Notes under the pieces: model-generated
Databases searched by the model: none
What the model was told of the DNA's origin: nothing
The model's input: the letters and a program-made list of their open reading frames with translations, nothing else
Translations under genes and position numbers: made by a program
Origin: Octopus sinensis
Lineage: Eukaryota
Direction: 5' to 3'
Length of the DNA: 64,000 nt
Assembly (NCBI RefSeq): GCF_006345805.1
Contig: NC_042998.1
Coordinates: forward strand, 91,698,001-91,762,000
Part shown: in pieces, positions 1-13,255 of the stretch
How positions within the stretch are numbered: position 1 is the first letter of the stretch
How the letters are laid out: every line of letters starts with the position of its first letter

Positions 1-120
1 AGCTTCATGTGCCAAGACTGACTGAAAACACAGAATATTTCTTCAGAGTTATTGCTGTTAACAAAATTGGAAAAAGTCCTCCTTTGGAAAGTGAGGCAGT
101 AACCCCCAAGAGTCCATACT
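1..120 (+). CDS. Exon 1 (5' truncated), FN3 domain 1, type C
   Basis: LHVPRLTENTEYFFRVIAVNKIGKSPPLESEAVTPKSPY; donor GTAAGT at 121. Confidence 0.9.
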
Positions 121-599
121 GTAAGTTTCAAAATGTTTTGAATTTATAAGTCTATTTTGTAACATAATTAATCAAAGACATCAATATTCATCATTTGTAA
201 CGTTGTTTTAACATCAATTTTCCATGTTAACATCACTTTGAATGGTTGTTCCATATAGTAAACTACAATTTTACTTGGTCCTGAATTATCTGGTCTATGT
301 AATAGAGGCCCAAGACCCTCAGGTCTAACTTCCCACATCTTTCCCTATCTTTTATAAATTTTGCCTGATTCTAGTGTATTCTACTGTCGGTTCACAGCAG
401 TTTTTTGTCTCTTAGCAAATACTATCCATTAGATGTTTATACGTTATAGTTACTCCTTTCCACAATAGCTAATGTCTTTAATACTAACAGTAAATAGATG
501 TTGCATAGCCCAGCAATCATGATCAATGTATTCCTCTCCAGTCTTATCAAAGATTCTTTATTTAATGCACATGTCTCTCTATATTGATGTATCCCATAT

Positions 600-960
600 T
601 TTTAACACACTTTTGTACATTCTGTTCTCTTACTGAAAAAAAAAGCATTTTGTCACCAACAAAAGCTTTTCTAACACTTTACCAATTTTTAATTTCACTC
701 GATCAATTTCTGCAATGAGTATATTAACTAGTAAACAAAACCATATACAGTTCCTAGTTAGGCATAGAAACAGATTATGGATTTCATTTCATGTGTGCTC
801 TTGCTTTGATATACTCCTATATAACTGGAGCAGCCAATATTCTAGTTTGTTGTTAGTTTTTAACAGATTCTGCAATGAGAGCTAGGTCCTCAACACATAG
901 AGTACTGAATAATAGTAAACTCTCCAATAAATGCTTGAAATGAGGGTCACTATTGACATT
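600..960 (-). mobile_element. Highly decayed LINE (RTE-like) reverse transcriptase remnant
   Basis: Minus strand near 867-903 reads TLCVEDLALIAES, resembling the RT motif LLYADDLALIAES, with an upstream FQAFIGEF segment; frames are broken; boundaries approximate. Confidence 0.4.
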
Positions 961-1437
961 CATTCATTCTATCAATATATAGCTTGAGTTGCACTCAGAA
1001 GCTGCACTAAACTACTTTTAATGTTCTTTTTCCTATCAATCTATGAAACAAAAATCTTGACAAATAAAACTAAAATCTTGAAAAATAATACCTAACCTTA
1101 GTCAATAAAGCCTAGTGATGTAATCTATGGAAGTTGGGATATAGGACAAGTTATTTTGTGAGTGATGATGGTGTTGGTAGGGATGATGGTAGTAGGACTA
1201 TAATGCACATGACATCACCTCAGACGTTAATGATTTCAACTTGATGGAAATTTATAGAGAATCCAAATTTATCATTAATAATTCTCCTCGGTTTAAATAT
1301 GCCTTTTGCCACATTGAAATGTAAGCTGTTTAGCTCCATATTATTATTAAAAGATGACCTGATAAACTTTTTATAATGTAAAAAGCTATAATATCTTCAG
1401 ATTCTTGACAGACATTCTTTTTGTATTATTTTTTCAG

Positions 1438-1743
1438 CTGTTCCATCAGCTCCTATTGGACCTTTGGAAATAAGCAATGTCACTGTAAACTCTGCTGATC
1501 TTGAATGGAAGAAACCTAAAAGTGATGGTGGTCTTCCTATCACAGGTTACATAATTGAAAACAGGACAGCAACCAGATCAACATGGGGAAAATGTGGCAA
1601 TGTTGATGGTAAAACATTAACTTTCACTGCAACTGGTTTGCTGGAAGATACAGAATATATTTTCCGTGTTAGTGCTGTAAATGATGAAGGTGTCGGAGCT
1701 CCTCTTGAAGCTACTGATACAACAAAACCAACTAGAAAAATTG
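1438..1743 (+). CDS. Exon 2, FN3 domain 2, type A
   Basis: ttttcag acceptor; VPSAPIGPLEISNVT...TKPTRKI; GTAAGA donor; 306 nt. Confidence 0.92.
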
Positions 1744-2320
1744 GTAAGACATATTTAATGTTCTACTTCATTCCTATTTAAAACATTGACTAACAGCACC
1801 ATTTCCTTGCAATAATTCTAATTCCTATTAGTTTTTGCATATAATGCCAGTCAATCAGGCATGGTGATTTAAAAGTATCATTTAATCTGAACATTCCAGA
1901 CACTGATTATAGAAACACATTACTAGAACTGGAACTTTGCTAGACAATACTGGTTATGATTAGGATTTTGTCAGTTTTTCTATTTTTAAAGATATTTCAT
2001 GCAGTATAGTATTTATGAAAAACAATATAGGTGAAAAATTGAAACAAAAATAAGGTGAACATGTTATAACTTATATGCAAGTATATGCAGTACATACTGA
2101 TATTTTCAAAATGTTGAATATCCTCAAAAAGAATTGGCATAAAAAAGATTCTGAATCTTAACAAAGAGTGGATTACCATTAAATAATTGAAGTTATATCC
2201 TTTTGGTTTAATCAGATTACAATATTGGCCTTAGAGGTGCAATAGTAATTCCTTATATAAACATTTGATAATGGTGTGGTTTGTTAATTATAATAATGTG
2301 TGTGTTTTTTGTAATATCAG

Positions 2321-2620
2321 AGCCTCCTGGTCCACCAATCAAGTTTACTGTTGACAAAGTTGGTGCAGATTTTGCTACTCTGCAATGGAAAGCACCAAAA
2401 GTTGATGGAGGTTCCAAGGTTACAGCTTACCACTTGAAGAAGAAAGTAAAGGCAACTGGTGATTGGGAGAAAGTGGCCACCACTAGTGAATTTGAATTTA
2501 CCTACAAAGTTAAAGGCCTCAAGGAAAATGTTGAGCATTACTTCTCTGTATGTGCTGAAAATAGTGCTGGTGTTGGTCCAGCTGCAGAAACAGAGAAAGT
2601 AGTACCAAGAAGAGAACCAA
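2321..2620 (+). CDS. Exon 3, FN3 domain 3, type B
   Basis: atatcag; PPGPPIKFTVDKVG...PRREP; GTAAGT; 300 nt. Confidence 0.92.
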
Positions 2621-3017
2621 GTAAGTAATCTTTGATTATATATTTTGAGACCCCTATATCAAATTAAATATGGACATATCACATATATCAATAAATTGCC
2701 ATTTAATAACAATAATAATAATATATAACAGTACTTGTTGATGCTCAAGTTATTGCTAGGCTACTGCTGAACATTTTATGGATTTAATTATTTAATTTAA
2801 TTTAACTCACTTAAATCAATTATAGTTTTCATCCCTATGTGATACATGTATCACCCCAATTTTTGTAAACATATTTCAACATTCTGTCCTTAATTCATAC
2901 TTGCTATGAAACAACTTACTTCAGATTTCTCTGTTTCTCACATGAGTATCATAAAGACTCTCATCTTCATCTTTCTTTGACTCTCTTTTTATTCATGTGT
3001 ATGCTTGTGTGTGTATA

Positions 3018-3197
3018 AACATACATACATACATACATACATACATACATACATACATACATACATACATACATACATACATACATACATACATACATAC
3101 ATACATACATACATGCATGCATGCATACATGCATGCATGCATGCATGCATGCATACATACACACATACATACACACATACACACATACATACATACA

Positions 3198-3231
<34 letters not shown>

Positions 3232-3236
3232 CATAC
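3018..3236. repeat. Compound (ACAT)n/(GCAT)n microsatellite
   Basis: About 220 bp of tetranucleotide repeat; source of the MYVC/YIHT pseudo-ORFs. Confidence 0.97.
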
Positions 3237-3657
3237 TGAAAGACAGACAGATAGAAAGATACACAGACACATGTATGTGTTGGCTCAGAGGAAGCTATAA
3301 GATGTTGCACAAGCACTTATTTCTGAATGTATGCTTCTTATTGCAGAAATAGCTGTAAGCTAATGAAAGTAATTACACAATTTTTGTTGTTATTCATTAA
3401 TTGACATTTATAAATATGTATATTTATGCATAGATGTATTATGCATGTGCATATGTGTGTGTTTGGTTATTTATATGCATATAGCCTTAAAATATTTGTC
3501 TGACCTTCATAATCTTAAATTTCATCCAAAGCTTTTTTTGCATACAAAATATGGTATGTTCATCAATACTATTGCCCGTTTTCACCTGATATTCTTGTAA
3601 CTTTGGAAATAATAAATTCTGGATTTTATAATCATTATTTTATTTATATTTTTGTAG

Positions 3658-3963
3658 CTGCCCCTGGCAAACCTGTGGGACCTATTGATGTCATTGATGT
3701 CCAACGAGATAACATCACAATTCAGTGGAAAATGCCTGAAGATGATGGAGGTTCTCCCATCACTGGCTACATAGTAGAAAGGAAAGAACCAGCTCAAATG
3801 AAATGGCAACGAGTTGAAAAAGTGGATGAAAATACTACAAAATTACGTTGCCCATACCTTACTGAGAAAACAGAATATCTCTTTAGAGTAATTGCTGTCA
3901 ATAAGATTGGACAAAGTGAACCTTTAGAAACCAAAGATACTACTCTTGCAAGAAGTCCATTTG
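3658..3963 (+). CDS. Exon 4, FN3 domain 4, type C
   Basis: tttgtag; APGKPVGPIDVIDVQRD...LARSPF; GTTAGT; 306 nt. Confidence 0.92.
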
Positions 3964-5200
3964 GTTAGTAACCCTGTAACTTGTAATTAAAATATCATAC
4001 ACTGCATTTCATATAAGTTTGTTCACTGGAATAGAAGTGGAGATAGATAGGGTAATAGATAACATCAAAGAAAGCAGAGGTTGTTTTGCATCCATGACTA
4101 AAGCAGCTAACTCAGAAAAGGCTACACTTCACCTAAATAATGGAGTGAAAGAACAAGTCAACTCTGTAACAATAACAACCTTTTTTGTATGGAGAAGCCA
4201 TTCCAGTATTTTACAGCAAACCAGAATTTTTACAGTTCTCTTAGTCTACATTGCTATGTAATTTGAACTGTTACTCTGATTATTAGATACATAAGCTCAT
4301 TGTTGTATTTTATAGTTGATAGATAGATAATGGGTCTGTTAAACTTAGGTATCCATCCCTCAGTGGAATTCTTCAGACACAAGTGATTTTCACTAGTCAC
4401 TACAATAAAATAGATACATAATTCAATAAATACAATAGTTGATCAACAGACAGCTTAAGTCAAACACTGAAACTTTAGACAAAATTTGAATGTTTTTTTC
4501 ATGCCACTAATTGATTTAGTCTAAGTCAGCTGTTTCTTTTCTTTTTTAATACAATGAATCAAGAATCCTGACCTGTCATTTGGTTTTCACATAATCATTT
4601 GTTCCAATAATTATAGTTGTGATAAATCTATAATAATATTCAGGGTTCATGGCCAGTGGCCTACATCACTTGATTGCATTGTCTCTAACACTACTATTTG
4701 ATGTAGCAATAACATATTTAACAAGGTTTCTCCTAAGGAGAATATTTCTAATACATAAAAATACAATTCTATTTGTACATTCCTATCAGAAAACTTTTAC
4801 ATCAAATGTCATTTGACATCATGGCATTATATAGAATTTGATATGTTATTTTGCATCATATGACTGTAAATCTTCTTGAAAATGATTACACAGATATTGA
4901 TAGGCATTAGCTTAAGATATTCACTGTCTCATATTCCATCGTGAGAATGAGCCTTTTGGTGTATGTTAAAGGTACTTCAGAGAATTGCATTAGATTTGTA
5001 GAATATTGTCTTAAGAGAATTATTTGGTTTTCTAGTTTTACAGCTCATTTACAATTACAAGTGTTGTAGTATTTCAGTTTGTCTAAAATATGATTACAAA
5101 TTTTACAGTGTATACACTTAAACACATACAAATGACATGATAATGTGATTTAACAATTTGTATAGTAAACTATACAATTATATGAATATATATATTTCAG

Positions 5201-5506
5201 ATGTTCCTTCAAAACCAAGAGGACCTCTTGAGGTAACTAATGTTACAGCAGACTCTGCTGATCTTCAATGGAAACCTTCAGAAAGTGATGGTGGAACACC
5301 AATTACTAGCTATATCATTGAGTATAAACAAGCTTCACGATCATCTTGGTCTAAAGCTGGCAGTGTTGATGGTAAAACTACAACATTTACAGTGCCTGAT
5401 CTATCAGCAGGAACAGAATATCAGTTTAGAGTGATTGCAGTCAATGCAGAGGGTAAAAGCGAGCCATTGGAGACTGCTGATGCAACCCTTATTAAAAAGA
5501 AAATTG
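5201..5506 (+). CDS. Exon 5, FN3 domain 5, type A
   Basis: atttcag; VPSKPRGPLEVTNVT...IKKKI; GTAACT; 306 nt. Confidence 0.92.
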
Positions 5507-5581
5507 GTAACTATTTTTTTTCTACACTATGTTTTCATATTTGTCTTATTTTTTCTTACAATCTAAAATTCAAATAACTGC

Positions 5582-5809
5582 TTAGCCCTTTAGCATTCAG
5601 ATTACTTTAACAAATGTAATGCTTATTTATTCACATAGTTTTAAATTAATCATGTATTATCTTGTAACTTTTAAGTTTCAGTGATGTGATTGTTTAGTTT
5701 TAAAGTGGAAGCTGTAGAGTAGGTGTGAGAGACCAGATCTCCTTGTCTGAACATAAAGCATATAGAATATTTGGGCCTGATATGGTCAGATCAAATGCTA
5801 AAGGGTTAA
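5582..5809. mobile_element. piggyBac-like MITE
   Basis: Left end ttag-ccctttagcatt, right end aatgctaaaggg-ttaa: inverted termini beginning CCC with TTAA-type flanks (left mutated to TTAG); second partial copy at 49053-49239. Confidence 0.75.
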
Positions 5810-5891
5810 TGACATGACTAATCTCTTCAATGTTTTACAACAGAAGTATTTTTGCAATATTTCTGACATTTTATGTGCATTTGCTTTTCAG

Positions 5892-6191
5892 CCCGACCAG
5901 GACCACCAATTAATTTGAAACCAACTAAAACGGGTGAAGATTTCATTGAACTTGAGTGGCAACCACCTAAGAATGATGGTGGATCAAAGATCACCCATTA
6001 TATTCTTAAAAAGAAACACAAAGCTAGTGACAAGTGGGAAGATGTTGCCAAAATTGATGAATATGACAGGAAGTATAAACTGAAAAATGCTGAAACTGAC
6101 ACCGATTATTATTTTGCTGTTTTTGCTGAAAATGAAGCTGGAATAAGCGATTCATGTGAATCGAAAAAGATTACTCTTGTGAAAAAGCCAA
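5892..6191 (+). CDS. Exon 6, FN3 domain 6, type B
   Basis: ttttcag; RPGPPINLKPTKTG...VKKP; GTAAGT; 300 nt. Confidence 0.92.
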
Positions 6192-6629
6192 GTAAGTTTC
6201 ATGCACAATTATACTAATGTTGTGGAGAGATTCACCTTACAATAACAGATGTATTATTAAATATGAATAAGGCTTATACTTTGATTTAGTGTAGAATTGA
6301 GCCTCTAACTTTTTCATTCTGTTGTTGTTTTAGATATACTCAGAGCATTTTTTGGATTTTAGTGTAATCAGAGGGGTTTTCATTTGTGTAAAATGATCTC
6401 AAACTCTTGATGTGATGTTCAGGATAGATGCTATCATTCTAGTTGTTATTGATTTAAGAATAATATTTCCTATTGCTTCTTGACAAATAGATATATTTAA
6501 GAACTAGATCATAGAAAATATTGTTAGGATTTTCTAAGATAAATGTTGTAATTTATTAAAAATAAAATAATTATGCAAAGTTAATATTTTATTCTATGTT
6601 ATATCTTTTGATATACATTCTGTAACTGT

Positions 6630-6890
6630 GTGGAGGCCCATTGTATGTATGTATATGTATGTGCGTGTACGTGTATGCACACTCATGAGTGTGCTTTTGT
6701 GTTTGTCTCCACCTCACCACCTGACAGCTAGTGCTGGTTTATTTGATCCCCATAATGTAGCAGTTCAGCAAATGAGACTAATAGAATAAGTACCAGACTT
6801 TAAAAATATGGGCTGGGTTTGATTTGTTTGACTAAGCCCTTCATGCTGGTACCCCAGCATGGCCACAATCCTGAAGCAAGCAAAATATGC
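6630..6890 (+). mobile_element. SINE-like family S2, 3' part
   Basis: gtgtttgtc..cc..accac...atagaataagtaccag.ctt...ccagcatggc is shared with 22770-22975. Confidence 0.6.
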
Positions 6891-7302
6891 AAAATAAAAT
6901 ATTTGAATTTAATCATAACCTCTTGATTATGATATTTCAAGAAAAATATTAAAAAATTTAAACAGCAATTTTATAAAAGACAAACTTCAGTTTGGTTTTA
7001 TCAAACAAAATTTCTCTATTATTTAAACTTGATAAAAGCAAAATATTTTCTTCAAGTCCTTTGTCTCCATATTTTAGGGACTGAAATCATAACTTCATGT
7101 TAACTATCAAATAAAGCTAACTTTAGGGTAACATCCCCACCCCTTTAATTATCAGTTATCATAAGAAGTATGTCTTGATAATAACAAAATATTAATTGAA
7201 ATAATTAATGATAAATCATTATTTACTATGAAAATTATTTTATATTTTATGCATATTTAAAACGGAAGTGATACTATATGTTATTTATCCTTTTTGTTTC
7301 AG

Positions 7303-7608
7303 AAGTCCCATCAATGTGTGTTGGTCCCATTGAAGTTACAGATGTCAAACGTGATGCCATATCTATCAAATGGAAAGAACCTGAAAATGATGGTGGTTCA
7401 CCAATTACAGGCTATATCATTGAATATAGGGAAGAATCTAAAGTAAATTGGACAAAGGCTGGCAAAGTCAATGACTCCACTTTAACCTACACTGCAACCC
7501 ATCTTACTGAGAAAACCAAATATCATTTCAGAGTGATTGCTGTTAACAAAGTTGGCCAAGGTCCTCCTTTGGAAACAAAAGAAGCAACCTTAGCTAAAAG
7601 TCCTTTTG
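7303..7608 (+). CDS. Exon 7, FN3 domain 7, type C
   Basis: gtttcag; VPSMCVGPIEVTDV...LAKSPF; GTAAGT; 306 nt. Confidence 0.92.
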
Positions 7609-8113
7609 GTAAGTTGATATTCATAACATATTTTTGAGCATATTTATAAGTCTAAATTGCTTTCTGTGTTTTCCATATCTTTATAATTTATTGTTTTGGC
7701 AGATATTATTATTATCGTTTATTTTAAAATAAATTAATTTTGTTCAATAAAATTAGAAAATATAATCTATTTTTATGATAGTTTAAGTAGTTTTGTTGAG
7801 TAAATTTGGCAAGTATTATTTATCTGTTCATATATTAAATTAGATAATTTTATTCAATAAAAATGTCAAATACTTTTATAATAAATTAAATAAAGTTCAA
7901 TAAAATTGTTATGAATATGAATTTTATGTTTCTGGTTTAATACAGATAAAACTAGATTTATCAACACTTGATTTTAATTAGTAGTCTATCACAATGGTTA
8001 ATGTACTTTAGTATGTTTAAGTATTTGAATAAACTGAATAAAGAAAATTAATTTTTAATATTGTAAGATATTTATGACATCTCTATATATGTAATTTCTG
8101 TTCTGTTTCAAAG

Positions 8114-8419
8114 CTTGCCCATCAATTCCAATTGGTCCTCTTGAGATCAAAAATGTCACAACAAATTCTGCTGATCTTGAATGGAAGCCACCCAAAGACG
8201 ATGGTGGTACACCTATTACAAGTTACATTATTGAGATTAAACCTTCATATTGCACTGGATGGAAAAAACTCAGCAGTGTAAATGGAAAGACAACAACTTA
8301 TACTGCAATGGCCCTTGAAGAAGGTACTGAATATTGGTTCAGAGTCATTGCTGTCAATGCAGAAGGACAGAGTCCTCCACTGGAAGCAGATGATGTAACC
8401 AAATGTACAACACGTATAG
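8114..8419 (+). CDS. Exon 8, FN3 domain 8, type A (absent from ORF track)
   Basis: ttcaaag; CPSIPIGPLEIKNVTTNSADLEWKPPKDDGGTPITSYIIE...TKCTTRI; GTAAAG; 306 nt. Confidence 0.88.
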
Positions 8420-8604
8420 GTAAAGTATTTTTTTGTAAATATGAAAATGCCTGGTATTTATATGTTTGATAAATGTTTTGCTCTAAGATTATGTTTTGAA
8501 ATACTTCATATAACTTTAATAGTCAATATAATTTATGAAAATAAATATTACATAGTAGCATGCCATTGAGCAAATGAACTGATTCCTTTAGAAAATGTAT
8601 GTAT

Positions 8605-8780
8605 GTGCACAGACATGGTTGTGTGTTTAAGTAGTTCATTTCTCAACCACATGGTTTTGGGCTCTGTCCCATTGTGTGATGCTTTGGTAAAATGTCTTCT
8701 AAAGTACCCAAAGCCTTGTGAATGAATTTGGCTGTTGGAAACTGAAAGAATTCTATTCATGTATGTGTAGTGTGCATATG
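8605..8780 (+). mobile_element. SINE-like family S2, 5' part
   Basis: ccaaagccttgt...ggaaactgaaagaa is shared with 22388-22431 and, reversed, with about 46110-46265. Confidence 0.55.
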
Positions 8781-8970
8781 TGTAAATCATTAGCAAAACA
8801 GATTTATTTATTTAAAATTAGATAGAGTAAATTTTGCCAGTATGGACAATGGACTTTAAATGATGATGATGTGATATAATTTGTATCAGTTACTATTAAT
8901 TGTAATTTCTATTTACAAAGTTAGGAAATAAACAAAGCTAATATGAATTATTTTTTGTTTTATTTAATAG

Positions 8971-9273
8971 GACCACCAGGTCCACCAGTTAATTTGGAGG
9001 TTGTCGAAGTTGGCAAAGACTTTGCTTCAATCACCTGGTCACCACCAAAACAGGATGGAGGTTCTCCTATAACACATTACCACATTTTCAAAAGAATTAA
9101 AAGAACTGGAGATTTGGTGAAAGTTGAAACTGTTGATGCTTTTAACACAAAAGCCAAAATACCTAAACTGCAAGAGAATGTTGAACATTACTTTGCAGTC
9201 TCTGCTGAGAACAAAGCTGGTATTGGTAAAGAAGCAATCACAGACAAAGCAGTTATTCCCAAGGCTGCTGCAA
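8971..9273 (+). CDS. Exon 9, FN3 domain 9, type B
   Basis: ttaatag; PPGPPVNLEVVEVG...PKAAA; GTATGT; 303 nt. Confidence 0.92.
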
Positions 9274-9306
9274 GTATGTATACATTCAGTAAAACATGCA
9301 TGTGCT

Positions 9307-9381
9307 CACACACACACACACAGACACACACACTCTCGCTCTCTCTCTCTCTCTCTCTCCCTTTCATACACACACACACAC
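9307..9381. repeat. (CA)n/(CT)n microsatellite
   Basis: Direct reading. Confidence 0.9.
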
Positions 9382-9934
9382 ATGCACATATCTTGTGAAA
9401 TGTAAATAGCTTAGTGATCAATTTTTAGGGAGAAAGGAAAATGATCCTGCCTATAACATTTGGAAATGACTCTGTTGTGAGCCTAAATGAGCAGATATCA
9501 TTGAATGGTATCAATGCTGCTTAGTATTGTGGGACAGAACTATCATACTGGAAGTTATTGAAATCATTGTCATCTCTTCATTTCTAATTATGCTTATATT
9601 AAGTATTATGTATAAAGAGTGTTGTTCTCTTTACGTTTTTTGCTATCCATATTCTGTCATATCTGCTATCCACCAAGACTAACCTGCTATAACAGAAAGG
9701 TAGTCAGAAGTTATGCTTGTCTTGAACAATTTCTACTGTTTACTTACACTTTTAGAATTAATCAGATGTACTAAGAAACAAATTTTTAGATTAACAATTA
9801 ATATCTTTCTAGTCTAATGAATTAATTTCAAATGGTATATGATAAAATAGACATTCAAGACAAATATGTAAATTTATTTTATATTATATTCACAAGAAAG
9901 ATTGTATTACATTTAATTTGGTCTTTACTTTTAG

Positions 9935-10240
9935 CTGTACCATCACCACCTCTTGGACCTATTGAAGTCACTGATGTTCAGCGAAACTCTATCAGCATCA
10001 GATGGAAAGCCCCGAAAAGTGATGGCAATTCACCTATCACAGGCTATATAATTGAAAAACGTCCAGCAAACAGTACTATATGGACATCAGTAGATAAAGT
10101 TGATGAGAAAACTTTTGACTTGTGTTGCAAAAAACTAATTGAAAAGACTGAATACTTCTTCCGGGTATTCGCTGTAAACAGTGTTGGACAAAGTGAACCA
10201 TTAGAAACAAAAGAAGCAACTCTTGCAAAGAGTCCATTTG
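9935..10240 (+). CDS. Exon 10, FN3 domain 10, type C
   Basis: cttttag; VPSPPLGPIEVTDVQRN...LAKSPF; GTAAAT; 306 nt. Confidence 0.92.
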
Positions 10241-10389
10241 GTAAATAACTTTAATTGTTTTATCTCATTATTTTAGACCTTAAACAAACAAATTACATTT
10301 ATTTTATTTCCTAGTTTCTGCTTTAGCTATGTTAAGTTTTGATAAGTTTTAGTATTATTTACCTCATTCTCACAAAATTCTGATATATA

Positions 10390-10683
10390 CATTTGAGCGA
10401 GGTTGTTGCCAGTGCCGCTGGACAGGCTCCTGTGCAGGTGGCATGTAAAAAACACCATTTGAGTGTGGCCATTGCCAGTACCACCTGACTGGTCCTCATG
10501 CCAGTGGCACGTAAAAGTACCCACTATATTCTCAAAGTGGTTGGCATTAGGAAGGGCATCCAGCTGTAGAAACTCTGCCAGATCAAGATTGGGGCCTGGT
10601 GCAGCCATCTGGCTCGCCAGTCCTCAGTCAAATCGTCCAACCCATGCTAGCATGGAAAGTGGACGTTAAATAATGATGATGAC
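10390..10683 (+). mobile_element. SINE-like family S1 with (GAT)n tail
   Basis: gtggttggcattaggaagggcatccagctgtagaaactct...catgctagcatggaaag.ggacgttaaa + (gat)n; close copies at 26471 (+) and 62344 (-). Confidence 0.8.
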
Positions 10684-10879
10684 ACTACATTATTACTATA
10701 ATTTTAGAAATAATTAATTGTTTGTATCTCCTCTTATATTATTTATACACCCTGGAGTTAGACACCTGGTAACCATCAGAGAGCAGACAATCAAAACATT
10801 GTAAAGATGTAAATATTAAAAAAAATAAAAGTTTTAACTTTGAAGATGTGGTTACAAGTTTTAAAAAGTATACTACGTA

Positions 10880-11292
10880 TCATGACTACTTGTCTGATAA
10901 GGGTACACTAAGCACATACATCACAACCATATCTGTGCAACATGGTGATCTCACGTAAAGATAAAAAGTGGATGACCTTGCAGGTGGGCCCCAGTTAGAA
11001 TTTTCTTCAGGCTGAGTAGCCCATCCTGCTCAAAAGGTCCCTGAATAAAGGTTGTTAAAGGAATTTGAACAAAACACCCATCTTTCCTGAGGTAAATATT
11101 TTTCAAACTCCAAAGAATTCCTCTCAACACATGACTATGATGCTCCCCCACTACTTCTGCTCATGATCAGAGATGCACTAAGGGACTTGGTTATGGTCAA
11201 CAACTGACAAGGAAATCTGTGGTATTGAGCAGAATATTTGCTGTAGACCATCTTTTATACCAAGACATTATTATTATTATTATTATTATTAT
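10880..11292. mobile_element. Interspersed repeat family R3, copy 1
   Basis: catgactac..gtctgataagggtacac...gaccttgcaggtggg...actacttctgctcatgatcagagatgca aligns with 29290-29845; (TTA)n flank. Confidence 0.75.
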
Positions 11293-11651
11293 CAATTGTG
11301 TAAATTGAAGAGCTTATATATTTTAATGTATTATTTCTTATATTTTGTTATATTTTTGAAACATATATCACATTCGTTAACACATTTACTGTTGAATCCA
11401 TATATTTTAGCTCTCTTTTATAGTTAATTGTATCTAATTCTTTTATCATACTTTTAATGGCTGATCACTGAGACTATTTCTCTGTATTCTTTTTATATAT
11501 TCTCTTCCTTTAATAACATCCAATTTACCGTTTTTATAGTTTAATTGCATACATCTATTCACATATTGTAGGGAACTTTGCACATCAATTTTTTAAAAAT
11601 TTGTTCTTTTGATTGATATGTTTTATTCATATATAATTCTTGATTCTTTAG

Positions 11652-11951
11652 ATGTTCCATCTGCACCAATTGGTCCTCTGGAAATCAGTAATGTCACAGA
11701 AAGCACTGCTGACTTAGAATGGAAAGTTCCTAAATCTGATGGTGGCACTCCCATTATTAATTATATTATTGAAAGTAAATCAAGAAATTCATGGTCAAAA
11801 TGTGGTACAGTAGATGGCAAAACATTGACATTTACAGCAACTAAACTTTTAGAAGGAACAGAATATCTTTTCCGTGTCACTGCAGTGAATGCTGAAGGTC
11901 AAGGCCCCTATTTAGAAGCAACTGATACTACCAAACCCACAAAGAAAATCC
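11652..11951 (+). CDS. Exon 11, FN3 domain 11, type A
   Basis: tctttag; VPSAPIGPLEISNVT...TKPTKKI; GTAAGA; 300 nt. Confidence 0.92.
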
Positions 11952-12107
11952 GTAAGATCCAAATTATTTTCATTTTATTCGAAATAATATTTCATATAAA
12001 GTATTTTTTAAAAATATCTTTTATGTTAATTCTTTGATTGATATTTTAGCACCTGTATTAGGATTGTTATTCCTTTGCTTATGATATTACTTTTATCTGT
12101 TTTATAG

Positions 12108-12407
12108 AACCTCCCAGTGCACCTGTTAACTTCCATGCTGACAAAATCGGACAAGACTTTGTCACCCTGCAATGGAAAGCACCAAAAGATGATGGTGGAT
12201 CTAAAGTTACAGGTTATCACTTGAAAAAGAAAATACGTTCTACTGGTGACTGGGAAGATGTTGCATCTCTTAAGGAAATTGATTTCACATACAAGATTAA
12301 AAGTCTCAAGGAAAATGTTGATCATTATTTCTCTGTGTGTGCTGAAAACAGTGCCGGTGTTGGCCCAGCTGCAGAAACCAAGAAAATTGTGCCACAAAGA
12401 GAACCAA
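12108..12407 (+). CDS. Exon 12, FN3 domain 12, type B
   Basis: tttatag; PPSAPVNFHADKIG...PQREP; GTATGA; 300 nt. Confidence 0.92.
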
Positions 12408-13255
12408 GTATGACTGCATTTTATTTATTTTAATCAGTTGAAATAAAATTCTAAAATTTCAATTATTAGTTGCAAACAATATTGTAGATGAGTAATAAGA
12501 GGAGATAAAAACCATAAATCTCATCTGATGATGTAGATGATTTTCTTGCACATAGAAATTGTCTAAATCGTCCATTGAAAATGAAGAGCTAGTGAGAACA
12601 GTTATGATATAAATTTAATAGGTAAAGTTTTGCAACTAGTTAAATAAATACAAAAATGATACAAAAATATGTCTATGGTTATATTCAAAACAAGCCACAA
12701 ATTCTATGCCATGTCTTCCAAGCTCTAAACTTACTCTATTACTCAAATTGAAGCTTCAGTAAAATATATTGATACTCATCATAACAGGCTGGCATTTGGT
12801 GTCATGGAAAGTGTGAACATAACTGAAGCTTCAAGCAACAAATAATTGTACTCACTCAAGTAATAACTGCTATGATATTAAGTGCATTGAGTTTTGCTCT
12901 GTGTATGTGTGTGTGTGCGTGTGTATGAAAGTGTAGTTGTCAGCTAAAGACAACAGTTCTCTCTTGTAGTGCTGAGCTGACCAGTACTGATGCTACCAAG
13001 GAAGGCATAGGTTTTTTTGGCCCATACTGCAGCATATTTTACACTCACACACACACACACACACACACACACATCATAACTTTGTGAGCTTTTTCTTTTT
13101 ATTACAATGCAAGAAACTGATGATAACTAAATGACAACACATCAAAATATTTAAGAAAAGTATAATAGACAGTATGTATAACAGATTGTGAAAATGATTT
13201 TATGACTGTAAAATTTAGTTTTCAATTTCATAAATCATTTTCTTTTTTTTTTTAG

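Noticed and set aside
2967-3352. ORFs with MYVC/YIHT repeats on both strands (similar ones at 22399-22932, 29648-30121, 32998-33324, 45045-45410, 56020-56271)
   Set aside because: They are translations of microsatellites and SINE sequence.
4019-4261. 80-aa intronic ORF as a hidden exon or nested gene
   Set aside because: No FN3 or Ig signature and no convincing splice sites; the C-A-B order is complete without it. It may be decayed retroelement sequence.
10327-10669. ORFs 10327-10608 (-) and 10463-10669 (+)
   Set aside because: They lie within the S1 SINE-like repeat and are not maintained in the other copies.
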